From the NCBI GenBank assembly GCA_030390025.1, contig JASTWF010000368.1:124001-188000 (forward strand): a stretch of DNA of 64,000 bases. The letters run 5' to 3'. The DNA comes from Squalus acanthias. Taxonomy: Eukaryota. Of the stretch, positions 29,142 through 42,164 are shown in pieces; position 1 is the first letter of the stretch, and each line of letters opens with the position of its first letter. A program made the position numbers and the translations under genes. The notes under the pieces were generated by a model. It saw only the letters and a list, made by a program, of their open reading frames with translations, did no database searches and was not told the DNA's origin.

Positions 29142-29369
29142 TTTCCCGAGCTGTGTGCCTTCCTCCGCCTCAGCCTCTTGCAGCTGGTGCCGGTCAGTGT
29201 CCTGGTGGTCTGGAACCGAGACCTCACCATCTTCGGGGCCGCCCGCGCCCGGCCCTCAGCCTTCGCGCTGCTGCTGACAGCCGAGTCCGTGGCTGCCCAC
29301 TCGCTTGTCAGGATGGTGAGCAAACCCTTCGAGATCGCCGTGCAGCTCTGGAAGCTCAGCGTCGAATAG
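29142..29369 (+). CDS. Gene A exon 4 (terminal; TMEM17-like): FPELCAFLRLSLLQLVPVSVLVVWNRDL...QLWKLSVE*
   Basis: Acceptor CTCTCTCCGCAG; matches TMEM17 'VPELAGFWLLSLLLQLP'; TAG stop at 29367-29369; AATAAA downstream. Confidence 0.9.
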   Translation, partial: FPELCAFLRLSLLQLVPVSVLVVWNRDLTIFGAARARPSAFALLLTAESVAAHSLVRMVSKPFEIAVQLWKLSVE

Positions 29370-29476
29370 AGAGCCGCGGCTCCACAGGGGACCCCACCCG
29401 CCTCCCCGGGCCACCTCTCGTCAAATCCTACCAGCGGTGGAGCAAGACTTGGGGCAACTCGGCAACTGTATAACCC

Positions 29477-29482
29477 AATAAA
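29477..29482 (+). terminator. Polyadenylation signal of gene A
   Basis: AATAAA about 110 nt after the stop codon. Confidence 0.65.
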
Positions 29483-29554
29483 TGCGGGAGCTTCTCCCCT
29501 CCAACATCCAGTGTCTCTACGCCCATTCTTTCTCTCCTTGTTTAATGCTACTCT

Positions 29555-32500
29555 TATACTGTGCACAGTTCTGGTCTCCATATACCTTGGTTAGACCACA
29601 CTTGGAGCACTGTGCACAGTTTTGGTCTCCATATCCCTTGGTTAGCCCACACTTGCAGCACTGTGCACAGTTGTGGTCTCCATATCCCTTGGTTAGACCA
29701 CACTTGGAGCACTGTGTATAGTTCTGGTCTCCATATACCTTGGTTAGACCACACTTGGAGCACTGTGCACAGTTCTGGTCTCCATATACCTTGGTTAGAC
29801 CACACTTGGAGCACTGTGCACAGTTCTGGTCTCCATATACCTTGGTTAGACCACACTTTGAGCACTGTGCACAGTTCTGGTCTCCATATACCTTGATTAG
29901 ACCACACTTGGAGCACTGTGCACAGTTTTGGTCTCCATATACCTTGGTTAGACCACACTTGTGACACTGTGCACAGTTCTGGTCTCCATATACCTTGGTT
30001 AGACCACACAGAGCACTGTGCAAAGTTCTGGTCTCCATATACCTTGGTTAGACCACACTTTGAGCACTGTGCACAGTTCTGGTCTCCATATACCTTGATT
30101 AGACCACACTTGGAGCACTGTGCACAGTTTTGGTCTCCAGATACCTTGGTTAGACCACACTTGGAGCACTGTGCACAGTTCTGGTCTCCATATACCTTGG
30201 TTAGACTACACTTGGAGCACATTGCACAGTTTTGGTCTCCATATACCTTGATTAGACCACACTTGGAGCACTGTGCACAGTTTTGGTCTCCAGATACCTT
30301 GGTTAGACCACACTTGGAGCACTGTGCACAGTTCTGGTCTCCATATACCTTGGTTAGACCACACAGAGCACTGTGCAAAGTTCTGGTCTCCATATACCTT
30401 GGTTAGACCACACTTTGAGCACTGTGCACAGTTCTGGTCTCCATATACCTTGATTAGACCACACTTGGAGCACTGTGCACAGTTTTGGTCTCCAGATACC
30501 TTGGTTAGACCACACTTGGAGCACTGTGCACAGTTCTGGTCTCCATATACCTTGGTTAGACTACACTTGGAGCACATTGCACAGTTTTGGTCTCCATATA
30601 CCTTGATTAGACCACACTTGGAGCACTGTGCACAGTTTTGGTCTCCAGATACCTTGGTTAGACCACACTTGGAGCACTGTGCACAGTTCTGGTCTCCATA
30701 TACCTTGGTTAGACTACACTTGGAGCACATTGCACAGTTTTGGTCTCCATATACCTTGGTTAGACCACACTTGGAGCACTGTGCACTGTTCTGGTCTCCG
30801 TATACCTTGGTTATACCACACTTGGAGCACTGTGCACAGTTCTGGTCTCCATATACCTTGGTTATACCACACTTAGAGCACTGTGCACAGTTCTGGTCTC
30901 CGTATACCTTGGTTAGACCACACTTGGGGCACTGTGCACTGTTCTGGTCTCCATATACCTTGGTTAGACCACACTTGGAGCACTGTGCACAGCTCTGGTC
31001 TCCATATACCTTGGTTAGCCCACACTTGGAGCACTGTGCACAGTTCTGGTCTCCGTATACATTGGTTAGACCACATTTGGAGCACTGTGCACAGTTCTGG
31101 TCTCCATATACCTTGGTTATACCACACTTGGAGCACTGTGCACAGTTCTGGTCTCCGTATACCTTGGTTAGACCACACTTGGGGCACTGTGCCCAGTTCT
31201 GGTCTCCATATACCTTGGTTAGACCACACTTGGGGCACTGTGCACAGTTCTGGTCTCCGTATACATTGGTTAGACCACACTTGGAGCACTGTGCACAGTT
31301 CTGGTCTCCATATACCTTGGTTAGACCACACTTGGGGCACTGTGCAGAGTACTGGTCTCCGTATACATTGGTTAGACCACACTCGGAGCACTGTGCACAG
31401 TTCTGGTCTCCCTATACCTTGGTTAGACCACACTTGGAGCACTGTGCACAGTTCTGGTCTCCCTATACCTTGGTTAGACCACACTTGGAGCACTGTGAAC
31501 AGTTCTGGTCTCCATATACCTTGGTTAGACCACACTCGGAGCACTGTGCACAGTTCTGGTCTCCATATACCTTGGTTAGACCACACTTGGGGCACTGTGC
31601 ACAGTTCTGGTCTCCGTATACATTGGTTAGACCACACTTGGAGCACTGTGCACAGTTCTGGTCTCCATATACCTTGGTTATACCACACTTGGAGCACTGT
31701 GCACAGTTCTGGTCTCCGTATACCTTGGTTAGACCACACTTGCGGCACTGTGCCCAGTTCTGGTCTCCCTATACCTTGGTTAGACCACACTTGGAGCACT
31801 GTGAACAGTTCTGGTCTCCATATACCTTGGTTAGACCACACTCGGAGCACTGTGCACAGTTCTGGTCTCCGTATACCTTGGTTAGACCACACTTGGGGCA
31901 CTGTGCAGAGTTCTGGTCTCCGTATACATTGGTTAGACCACACTCGTAGCACTGTGCACAGTTCTGGTCTCCATATACCTTGGTTAGACCACACTCGGGC
32001 CACTGTGCACAGTTCTGGTCTCCGTATACCTTGGTTAGACCACACTTGGGGCACTGTGCAGAGTTCTGGTCTCCATATACCTTGGTTAGACCACACTCGG
32101 GGCACTGGGCACAGTTCTGGTCTCCATATAGCTTGGTTAGACCACACTTGGAGCACTGTGCACAGTTCTGGTCTCCATATACCTTGGTTACACCACACTT
32201 GGAGCACTGTGCACTGTTCTGGTCTCCATATACCTTGGTTACACCACACTTGGAGCACTATGCACAGTTCTGGTCTCCGTATACCTTGGTTAGACCACAC
32301 TTGGGGCACTGTGCACAGTTCTGGTCTCCGTATACCTTGGTTAGACCACACTTGGGGCACTGTGCACAGTTGTGGTCTCCATATACCTTGGTAAGACTAC
32401 ACTCGGAGCACTGCACAGTTCTGGTCTCCATGTACGTTGGTTAGACCACACTTGGAGCACTGTGCACAGTTCTGGTCGCCATATACCTTGGTTAGACCAC

Positions 32501-35500
32501 ACTTGGAGCACCGTGCACAGTTCTGGTCTCCATATACCTTGGTTAGACCACACTTGGAGCACTGTGCATTGTTCTGGCCTCCATATACCTTAGTTACACC
32601 ACTCTTGGAGCACTGTGCACAGTTCTGGTCTCCGTATACCTTGATTAGACCACACTTGGAGCAGTGTGCACAGTTCTGGTCTCCATATACGTTGGTTAGA
32701 CCACACTTGGAGCACTGTGCATAGTTCTGGTCTCCATATACCTTGATTAGACCACACTTGGAGCAGTGTGCACAGTTCTGGTCTCCATATACGTTGGTTA
32801 GACCACACTTGGAGCACTGTGCATAGTTCTGGTCGCCATATACCTTGATTAGACCACACTTGGAGCACTGTGCACAGTTCTGGTCTCCATATACCTTGGT
32901 TAGACCACACCTGGAGCACTGTGCATAGTTCTGGCCTCCATATACCTTGGTTACACCACACTTGGAGCACTGTGCACAGTTCTGGTCCCCCTATACCTTG
33001 GTTAGACCACACTTGGAGCACTGTGAACAGTTCTGGTCTCCATATACCTTGGTTAGACCACACTCAGTGCACTGTGCACAGTTCTGGTCTCCATATACCT
33101 TGGTTAGACCACACTTGGGGCACTGTGCACAGTTCTGGTCTCCGTATACATTGGTTAGACCACACTTGGAGCACTGTGCACAGTTCTGGTCTCCATATAC
33201 CTTGGTTATACCACACTTGGAGCACTGTGCACAGTTCTGGTCTCCGTATACCTTGGTTAGACCACACTTGGGGCACTGTGCACAGTTCTGGTCTCCGTAT
33301 ACATGGGTTAGACCACACTTGGAGCACTGTGCACAGTTCTGGTCTCCATATACCTTGGTTATACCACACTTGGAGCACTGTGCACAGTTCTGGTCTCCCT
33401 ATACCTTGGTTAGACCACACTTGGAGCACTGTGAACAGTTCTGGTCTCCATATACCTTGGTTAGACCACACTCGGAGCACTGTGCACAGTTCTGGTCTCC
33501 ATATACCTTGGTTAGACCACACTTGGGTCACTGTGCAGAGTTCTGGTCTCCGTATACATTGGTTAGACCACACTCGGAGCACTTGCACAGTTCTGGTCTC
33601 CATATACCTTGGTTAGACCACACTCGGGGCTCTGTGCACAGTTCTGGTCTCCGTATACCTTGGTTAGACCACACTCGGGCCACTGTGCACAGTTCTGGTC
33701 TCCGTATACCTTGGTTAGACCACACTTGGGGCACTGTGCAGAGTTCTGGTCTCCATATACCTTGGTTAGACCACACTCGGGGCACTGGGCACAGTTCTGG
33801 TCTCCATATAGCTTGGTTAGACCACACTTGGAGCACTGTGCACAGTTCTGGTCTCCATATACCTTGGTTACACCACACTTGGAGCACTGTGCACTGTTCT
33901 GGTCTCCATATACCTTGGTTACACCACACTTGGAGCACTATGCACAGTTCTGGTCTCCGTATACCTTGGTTAGACCACACTTGGGGCACTGTGCACAGTT
34001 CTGGTCTCCGTATACCTTGGTTAGACCACACTTGGGGCACTGTGCACAGTTGTGGTCTCCATATACCTTGGTAAGACTACACTCGGAGCACTGCACAGTT
34101 CTGGTCTCCATGTACGTTGGTTAGACCACACTTGGAGCACTGTGCACAGTTCTGGTCGCCATATACCTTGGTTAGACCACACTTGGAGCACCGTGCACAG
34201 TTCTGGTCTCCATATACCTTGGTTAGACCACACTTGGAGCACTGTGCATTGTTCTGGCCTCCATATACCTTAGTTACACCACTCTTGGAGCACTGTGCAC
34301 AGTTCTGGTCTCCGTATACCTTGATTAGACCACACTTGGAGCAGTGTGCACAGTTCTGGTCTCCATATACGTTGGTTAGACCACACTTGGAGCACTGTGC
34401 ATAGTTCTGGTCTCCATATACCTTGATTAGACCACACTTGGAGCAGTGTGCACAGTTCTGGTCTCCATATACGTTGGTTAGACCACACTTGGAGCACTGT
34501 GCATAGTTCTGGTCGCCATATACCTTGATTAGACCACACTTGGAGCACTGTGCACAGTTCTGGTCTCCATATACCTTGGTTAGACCACACCTGGAGCACT
34601 GTGCATAGTTCTGGCCTCCATATACCTTGGTTACACCACACTTGGAGCACTGTGCACAGTTCTGGTCCCCCTATACCTTGGTTAGACCACACTTGGAGCA
34701 CTGTGAACAGTTCTGGTCTCCATATACCTTGGTTAGACCACACTCAGTGCACTGTGCACAGTTCTGGTCTCCATATACCTTGGTTAGACCACACTTGGGG
34801 CACTGTGCACAGTTCTGGTCTCCGTATACATTGGTTAGACCACACTTGGAGCACTGTGCACAGTTCTGGTCTCCATATACCTTGGTTATACCACACTTGG
34901 AGCACTGTGCACAGTTCTGGTCTCCGTATACCTTGGTTAGACCACACTTGGGGCACTGTGCACAGTTCTGGTCTCCGTATACATGGGTTAGACCACACTT
35001 GGAGCACTGTGCACAGTTCTGGTCTCCATATACCTTGGTTATACCACACTTGGAGCACTGTGCACAGTTCTGGTCTCCCTATACCTTGGTTAGACCACAC
35101 TTGGAGCACTGTGAACAGTTCTGGTCTCCATATACCTTGGTTAGACCACACTCGGAGCACTGTGCACAGTTCTGGTCTCCATATACCTTGGTTAGACCAC
35201 ACTTGGGTCACTGTGCAGAGTTCTGGTCTCCGTATACATTGGTTAGACCACACTCGGAGCACTTGCACAGTTCTGGTCTCCATATACCTTGGTTAGACCA
35301 CACTCGGGGCTCTGTGCACAGTTCTGGTCTCCGTATACCTTGGTTAGACCACACTTGGGGCACTGTGCAGAGTTCTGGTCTCCATATACCTTGGTTCGAC
35401 CACACTCGGGGCACTGGGCACAGTTCTGGTCTCCATATAGCTTGGTTAGACCACACTTGGAGCACTGTGCACAGTTCTGGTCTCCATATACCTTGGTTAC

Positions 35501-36510
35501 ACCACACTTGGAGCACTGTGCACTGTTCTGGTCGCCATATACCTTGGTTACACCACACTTGGAGCACTATGCACAGTTCTGGTCTCCGTATACCTTGGTT
35601 AGACCACACTTGGGGCACTGTGCACAGTTCTGGTCTCCGTATACCTTGGTTAGACCACACTTGGGGTACTGTGCACAGTTCTGGTCTCCATATACCTTGG
35701 TAAGACTACACTCGGAGCACTGTACAGTTCTGGTCTCCATATACCTTGGTTAGACCACACTTGGAGCACTGTGCACAGTTCTGGTCGCCATATACCTTGG
35801 TTAGACCACACTTGGAGCACTGTGCATAGTTCTGGCCTCCATATACCTTGGTTACACCACACTTGGAGCACTGTGCACAGTTCTGGTCTTCATATACCTT
35901 GGTTAGACCACACTTGGAGCACCGTGCACAGTTCTGGTCTCCATATACGTTGGTTAGACCACACTTGGAGCACTGTGCACAGTTCTGGTTGCCATATACC
36001 TTGGTTAGACCACACTTGGACCGCTGTGCACAGTTCTGGTCTCAATATACCTTGGTTAGACCACACTTGGAGCACTGTGCACAGTTCTGGTCGCCTTATA
36101 CCTTGGTTACACCACACTTGGAGCACCGTGCACAGTTCTGGTCTACATATACATTGGTTAGACCACACTTGGAGCACTGTGCACAGGTCTGGTCTCCATA
36201 TACCTTGGTTGCACCAGGCTTAGAGCACTGTGAACAGTTCTGGTCACCATATACCTTTGTTAGACCACACTTGGAGCACTGTGCTCTGTTCTGGTCTCCA
36301 TATACCTTGGTTAGAGCACACTTGGAGCACTATGCACAGTTCTGGTCTCCATATACCTTGCTTAGACCACACTTGGAGCACTGTGCACTGTTCTGGTCTC
36401 CATATACCTTGCTTAGACCACACTTGGAGCACTGTGCACAGTTCTGGTCTCCATATACCTTGCTTAGACCACACTTGGAGCACTGTGCACAGTTCTGGTC
36501 TCAATATACA
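29555..36510. repeat. 51-bp minisatellite derived from CR1 ORF2 (LVRPHLEHCAQFWSPYT)
   Basis: Unit translates like the CR1 motif LVRPHLEYCVQFWSPY; contains 355-bp and 1680-bp higher-order duplications. Confidence 0.97.
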
Positions 36511-39085
36511 ACAACAACTTCATTTATATAGCACCTTTAACGGAGTAAAACGTCCCAAAAACTTGACTCCAGACCACCTAAGCAGATATTAGGTCAGGTG
36601 ACCAAATGCTTGGTTAAAGAGGTCGGTTTTAAGGAGCGTCTTAAAGGAGGAGAGAGAGGCGGAGAGGTTTAGGGTGGGAATTCCAGAGCTTAGGCCCAGG
36701 CAGCTGAAGGCACGGCCGCCAATGGTGGAGCGATGGAAATCGGGGGATGCACAAGAGGCCAGAATTGGAGGAGCACAGAGATCTCGGAGGTTTGTAGGGG
36801 CTGGAGGGGGTTAGAGAGATAGGGAGGGTTGTAGGGGCTGGAGGAGGTTACAGAGATAGGGAGGGTTGTAGGGGCTGGAGGACGTTACAGAGATAGGGAG
36901 GGTTATAGGGGCTGGAGGACGTTACAGAGATAGGGAAGGTTATAGGGGCTTGAGGAGGTTACAGAGATAGGGAGGGTTGTAGGGGCTGGAGGAGGTTACA
37001 GAGATAGGGAAGGTTGTAGGGCTGGAGGATGTTACAGAGATAGGGAGGGTTATAGGGGCTGGAGGACGTTACAGAGATAGGGAAGGTTATAGGGGCTTGA
37101 GGAGGTTACAGAGATAGGGAGGGTTGTAGGGGCTGGAGGAGGTTACAGAGATAGGGAAGGTTGTAGGGCTGGAGGAGGTTACAGAAATAGGGAGGGTTGT
37201 AGCACTATCGGAGGTTACAGAGATAAGGAGGGTTGTAGCACTATCGGAGGTTACAGAGATAGGGAGGGTTGTAGGGGCTGGAGGAGGTTACAGAGATAGG
37301 GAGGGTTGTAGGGCTGGAGGAGGTTACAGAGATAGGGAGGGTTGTAGGGCTGGAGGAGGTTACAGAGATAGGGAGGCTTTTAGGGGCTGGAGGAGGTTAC
37401 AGAGATAGGGAGGGTTGTAGGGCTGGAGGAGGTTACAGAGCTAGGGAGGGTTGTAGGGGCTGGAGGAGGTTACAGAGATAGGGAGGGTTGTAGGGGCTGG
37501 AGGAGGTTACGGAGATAGGGAGGGTTGTAGGGGCTGGAGGAGGTTACGGAGATAGGGAGGGTTGTAGGGGCTGGAGGAGGTTACAAAGATAGGGAGGGTT
37601 GTAGCACTATCGGAGGTTACAGAGATAGGGAGGGTTGTAGGGGCTGGAGGAGGTTACGGAGATAGGGAGGGTTGTAGGGTCTGGAGGAGGTTACGGAGAT
37701 AGGGAGGGTTGTAGGGGCTGGAGGAGGTTACGGAGATAGGGAGGGTTGTAGGGGCTGGAGGAGGTTACAAAGATAGGGAGGGTTGTAGCACTATCGGAGG
37801 TTACAGAGATAGGGAGGGTTGTAGGGGCTGGAGGAGGTTACAGAGATAGGGAAGGTTGTAGGGCTGGAGGAGGTTACAGAAATAGGGAGGGTTGTAGCAC
37901 TATCGGAGGTTACAGAGATAAGGAGGGTTGTAGCACTATCGGAGGTTACAGAGATAGGGAGGGTTGTAGGGGCTGGAGGAGGTTACAGAGATAGGGAGGG
38001 TTGTAGGGCTGGAGGAGGTTACAGAGATAGGGAGGGTTGTAGGGCTGGAGGAGGTTACAGAGATAGGGAGGCTTTTAGGGGCTGGAGGAGGTTACAGAGA
38101 TAGGGAGGGTTGTAGGGCTGGAGGAGGTTACAGAGCTAGGGAGGGTTGTAGGGGCTGGAGGAGGTTACAGAGATAGGGAGGGTTGTAGGGGCTGGAGGAG
38201 GTTACGGAGATAGGGAGGGTTGTAGGGGCTGGAGGAGGTTACGGAGATAGGGAGGGTTGTAGGGGCTGGAGGAGGTTACAAAGATAGGGAGGGTTGTAGC
38301 ACTATCGGAGGTTACAGAGATAGGGAGGGTTGTAGGGGCTGGAGGAGGTTACGGAGATAGGGAGGGTTGTAGGGTCTGGAGGAGGTTACGGAGATAGGGA
38401 GGGTTGTAGGGCTGGAGGAGGTTACAGAGATAGGGAGGGTTGTAGGGGCTGGAGGAGGTTACAGAGATAGGGAGGGTTGTAGGGGCTGGAGGAGGTTACA
38501 GAGATAGGAAGGGTTGTAGGGCTGGAGGAGGTTACAGAGATAGGAAGGGGTGTAGGGGCTGGAGGAGGTTACAGAGATAGGGAGGGTTGTAGGGGCTGGA
38601 GGAGGTTACAGAGATAGGGAGGGTTGTAGGGGCTGGAGGAGGTTACAGAGATAGGGAGGGTTGTAGGGCTGGAGGAGGTTACAGAGATAGGGAGGGTTGT
38701 AGGGCTGGAGGAGGTTACAGAGATAGGGAGGGTTGTAGGGCCTGGAGGATGTTACAGAGATAGGGGGGGTTGTAGGGCTGGAGGAGGTTACAGAGATAGG
38801 GAGGGTTGTAGGGGCTGGAGGTGGTTCCAGAGATAGGGAGGGTTGTAGGGCTGGAGGAGGTTACAGAGATAGGGAGGGTTGTAGGGGCTGGAGGAGGTTA
38901 CGGAGATAGGGAGGGTTGTAGGGGCTGGAGGAGGTTACAGAGATAGGGAGGGTTGTCGGGGCTGGAGGAGGTTACAGAGATAGGGAGGGTTGTCGGGCTG
39001 GAGGAGGTTACAGAGATAGGGAGGGTTGTAGCACTATCGGAGGTTACAGAGATAGGGAGGTGGCGAGGAGGCCATGGAGGGATTT
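36511..39085 (-). mobile_element. L2-type LINE 3' end with an internal 37-bp minisatellite
   Basis: AAC-rich tail at ~36508-36520; reverse strand of the repeat reads like the L2 C-terminus (YLCNLLQP); LINE-like sequence resumes at 39060-39085. Confidence 0.7.
36790..39060. repeat. 37-bp minisatellite (GGAGGGTTGTAGGGGCTGGAGGAGGTTACAGAGATAG)
   Basis: Tandem units; diagnostic variants recur at a 695-bp offset. Confidence 0.97.
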
Positions 39086-39159
39086 ACACCTTCGTTAGAC
39101 CACACTTAGAGCACTGTGGGAAGCTCAGTAAACACACGAGGCAGAAAGGAATAAAAAGA

Positions 39160-39432
39160 CTTCTTTCTCTCGCACCCCAGGACGTACCAATGTGCTTCAC
39201 AGCCAATGAAGTACTGTTTGAAGTGTGGTCACTGTTGTAATGTAGGCAACGCCGCAGCCAATTGGCGCACAGCAAGCTCCCAAACACAGCAATGAGATCA
39301 ATGCCCCGGTCATCTGTTTCTCATGATGTTGATTGAGGGATAAATGTCGGGCCCCCGGGACACCGGGTGAGAACTCCCCTGTTCTTCTTCCAATAGTTGC
39401 CACGGGCTCTTTTACGTCCACCCGAGGGGGCA
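39160..39432 (-). mobile_element. SacSINE1-like SINE 3' part
   Basis: Homologous to the reverse complement of 1550-1810. Confidence 0.8.
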
Positions 39433-39587
39433 GGTCATTGGATACTGAGCCTCACACACACACAGAGCAGGAAAGGCCCAGGCTCCATCCCCGGCCTGTG
39501 CTGAGTTACACAGACCCCCTCCCTGCGAGTGTACGCAGACCCCCAGCGCACCCTCCGATGGTAAGGTCCCTCTCCCCCCACCCCCAG

Positions 39588-40175
39588 ACATACGAGGAGA
39601 GGTTGGGTAGATTGGGACTCTACTCATTGGAGTTCAGAAGAATGAGAGGCGATCTTATTGAAACATATAAGATTGTGAAGAGGTTGGATCGGGTGGATGC
39701 CGGGGAGGATGTTCCCGATGATGGGTGAAACTAGAACTAGGGGGCATAGCCTTAGAATAAGGGGCTGCTCTTTCAAAACTGAGATGAGGAGGAACTACTT
39801 CACTCAGAGGGTGGTGGGTCCATGGAATATGCTGCCCCAAAAAGCTGTAGAAGCTACATCATTACATAAATTTAAAACAGAAATAGACAGTTTCCTAGAA
39901 GTAAAGGGAATTAAGGGTTACGGGGAGCGGACAGGAATTTGGACATGAGTCTAGGTTCGGATCGGTCATGGCCCTGTGGGTAGCGTAGCGGGCCCAGGGG
40001 CCGTGTAGCCTGATCCTGCTCCTATTTCGTGTGTCCAATTCTGTTAGGTTCAGGAGATGGTTCTGTGATAGTAGATTGGCGGTTAGGATCAGATCAGCCA
40101 TGATCTTATTGAATGGCGGAGCAGGCTCGAGGGGCCAATTGGCCTACTCCTGCTCCTATTTCTTATGTTCTTATT
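39588..40175 (+). mobile_element. CR1 3' fragments (ORF2 end plus two 3' UTR tails)
   Basis: YEERLGRLGLYSLEFRRMRGDLIETYK; tail GATCAGCCATGATCTTATTGAATGGCGGAGCAGGCTCGAGGG. Confidence 0.85.
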
Positions 40176-40230
40176 CCTCATTGTACAAAAGCTGCCAACT
40201 GCGAGCAGGGCCAGGTCAACACTTCCTCCT

Positions 40231-40236
40231 TTTATT
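40231..40236 (-). terminator. Polyadenylation signal of gene B
   Basis: TTTATT on + (AATAAA on -) about 50 nt after the stop codon. Confidence 0.65.
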
Positions 40237-40285
40237 GTCATCCGCTCGGCCCTCTCGGGGGGGGGGATCCATCATCATTCCTTCG

Positions 40286-40483
40286 TCATTCCTTTATCAT
40301 TCCCTTCATGACCCTCAGGCCGAGGAAGCCACACACCCACTCTATGCACAGCAGCACCACGTAGGCGATGAAGAGGTTGCACTCCGTCGGCATGAAGGGG
40401 GTGGAGAGCCTGGTGAAGATCACGACCACCGACGACAGCATCAGCACCACGCTCAGGACCAGGAAGAGGATGAGCAGGCGGAT
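40286..40483 (-). CDS. Gene B exon 4 (terminal; TMEM17-like): IRLLILFLVLSVVLMLSSVVVIFTRLSTPFMPTECNLFIAYVVLLCIEWVCGFLGLRVMKGMIKE*
   Basis: Acceptor CTCTCGTCCTCAG; two hydrophobic helices; MPTE corresponds to TMEM17 LPLE and E...GF..LR.M is family-like; GC3-rich codons. Confidence 0.88.
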   Translation of the reverse strand: MRLLILFLVLSVVLMLSSVVVIFTRLSTPFMPTECNLFIAYVVLLCIEWVCGFLGLRVMKGMIKE

Positions 40484-40623
40484 CTGAGGACGAGAGAGAG
40501 CAAACGCCAGTCATCGCAGCGCACTGAGAGAGGGCAGCGGGATATAGAGAGGGAACACACTGGGGAACAGAGGGATATATAGAGAGGGGGGACACACAGC
40601 GGGTTATATATCGAGAGGAAACG

Positions 40624-41830
40624 GTGGGATCAGTGGATGTGGTGTATTTGGACTTTCAGAAGGCTTTCGATAAGGTCCAGCATAAGAGATTAGCGTGCAA
40701 AGTTAAAGCACACGGGATTGGGGGTGAGGTACTGATTTGGATAGAGAACTGGCTGGCAGACAGGAAGCAAAGAGTTGGAATAAACGGGTCTTTTTCCGAG
40801 TGGCAGGCAGTGACTAGTGGGGTACCGCAGGGATCGGTGCTAGGACCCCAGTTATTCACAATATATATTAATGATCTAGACGAGGGAACTAGATATAATA
40901 TCTCCAAGTTTGCAGACGACACAAAGCTGGGTGGGCGTGTGTGCTGTGAGGAGGATGCAGAGAAACTCCAGTGTGATTTGGACAGGTTGGGTGATTGGGC
41001 AGATGCAGGATAATGTGGATAAATGCGAGGTAATCCACTTCGGTGGCAAAAACAGGAAGACAGATTATTATCTGAACGGCAATAGATTGGGAAAAGGGGA
41101 AGTGCAACGAGACCTGGGTGTCCTTGTGCACCAGTCGATGAAGGTAAGCATGCAGGTGCAGCAGGCGGTTAAGAAGGCAAATGGTATGTTGGCCTTCATA
41201 GCGAGAGGATTCGAGTACAGGAGCAAGGATGTCTTGCTGCAGTTGTACAAGGCCTTGGTGAGACCACACCTTGAGTATTGTGTGCAGTTTTGGTCACCTT
41301 ATCTGAGGAAGGATGTTCTTGCCATGGAGGGAGTGCAGCGAAGATTCACCAGACTGATACCTGGGATGGCAGGAATGACGTATGAGGAGAGATTGGGTCG
41401 ATTAGGCTTATATTCGCTAGAGTTTAGAAGAATGAGAGGGGATCTCATTGAAACTTATAAAATTCTAACAGGACGAGACAGACTAGATGCAGGAAGGATG
41501 TTCCTGATGGCGGGGGAGTCCAGAACCAGGGGTCACAGTCTAAAGATAAGGGGTAAGCCATTTAGGACTGAGATGAGGAGGAATTTCTTCACCCAGAGAG
41601 TGGTGAACCTGTGGAATTCTCTACCACAGAAGGCAGTTGATGCCAATTCATTAAATATATTCAAGAAGGAGTTAGATATATTTCTTAAGGCTAAAGGGAT
41701 CAAGGGATATGGGGAGAAGGCAGGTACAGGGTACGGAATTTGGATGATCAGCCATGATCTCATCGAATGGCGGAGCAGGCTCGAGGGGCCGAATGGCCTA
41801 CTCCTGCTCCTATCTTCTATGTTTCTATGT
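40624..41830 (+). mobile_element. CR1 LINE, 5'-truncated, RT domain to 3' tail
   Basis: [19 protein letters not shown] and FADD motifs; one frameshift; (TTCTATGT)n tail. Confidence 0.95.
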
Positions 41831-41868
41831 TTCTTTATCGAGGATTGGCTATTGTGTGTGAGCCGTAC

Positions 41869-41979
41869 CTTGCCCCGATTGCCGGCATGTCCAGCGTAGA
41901 GACGAATGAGCTCGGTCACCGTGAAGTACGTCACCACGACCAGTGTAAATATCTTGTATTTCTGCTCCAACTCTTCATA
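41869..41979 (-). CDS. Gene B exon 3 (TMEM17-like): YEELEQKYKIFTLVVVTYFTVTELIRLYAGHAGNRGK
   Basis: Acceptor CCCCTCCAG, donor AAG|GTACGG; 111 nt; aligns to TMEM17 'YSILPDYYKF...EAIRLYLGYVGN'. Confidence 0.92.
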
Positions 41980-42164
41980 CTGGAGGGGCGGAGAAGGGGC
42001 AGGCAAGTCAATGGTTGGGTGGCCGAGTGGGAGACAGCTCTTTCCCCCGCCCAGCCGAGCCCCACTGCACCCCCCCAAGCTCAAAACTGACCAGATTGCA
42101 GAGACCGGGGAGGAGAGAGAGAGAGGGGGAGAGAGCAGCCCTTCAGCCCCCAGAATCACAGCAT

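Noticed and set aside
29555..36510. CRISPR-like regular array
   Set aside because: No unique spacers, no cas genes, and the context is a vertebrate genome
30273..36531. Long Cys/His-rich repeat ORFs (up to 558 aa) resembling zinc-finger or metal-binding proteins
   Set aside because: A by-product of a 51-bp (multiple of 3) CR1-derived tandem repeat; open in several frames on both strands, with scattered frameshifts and no gene structure
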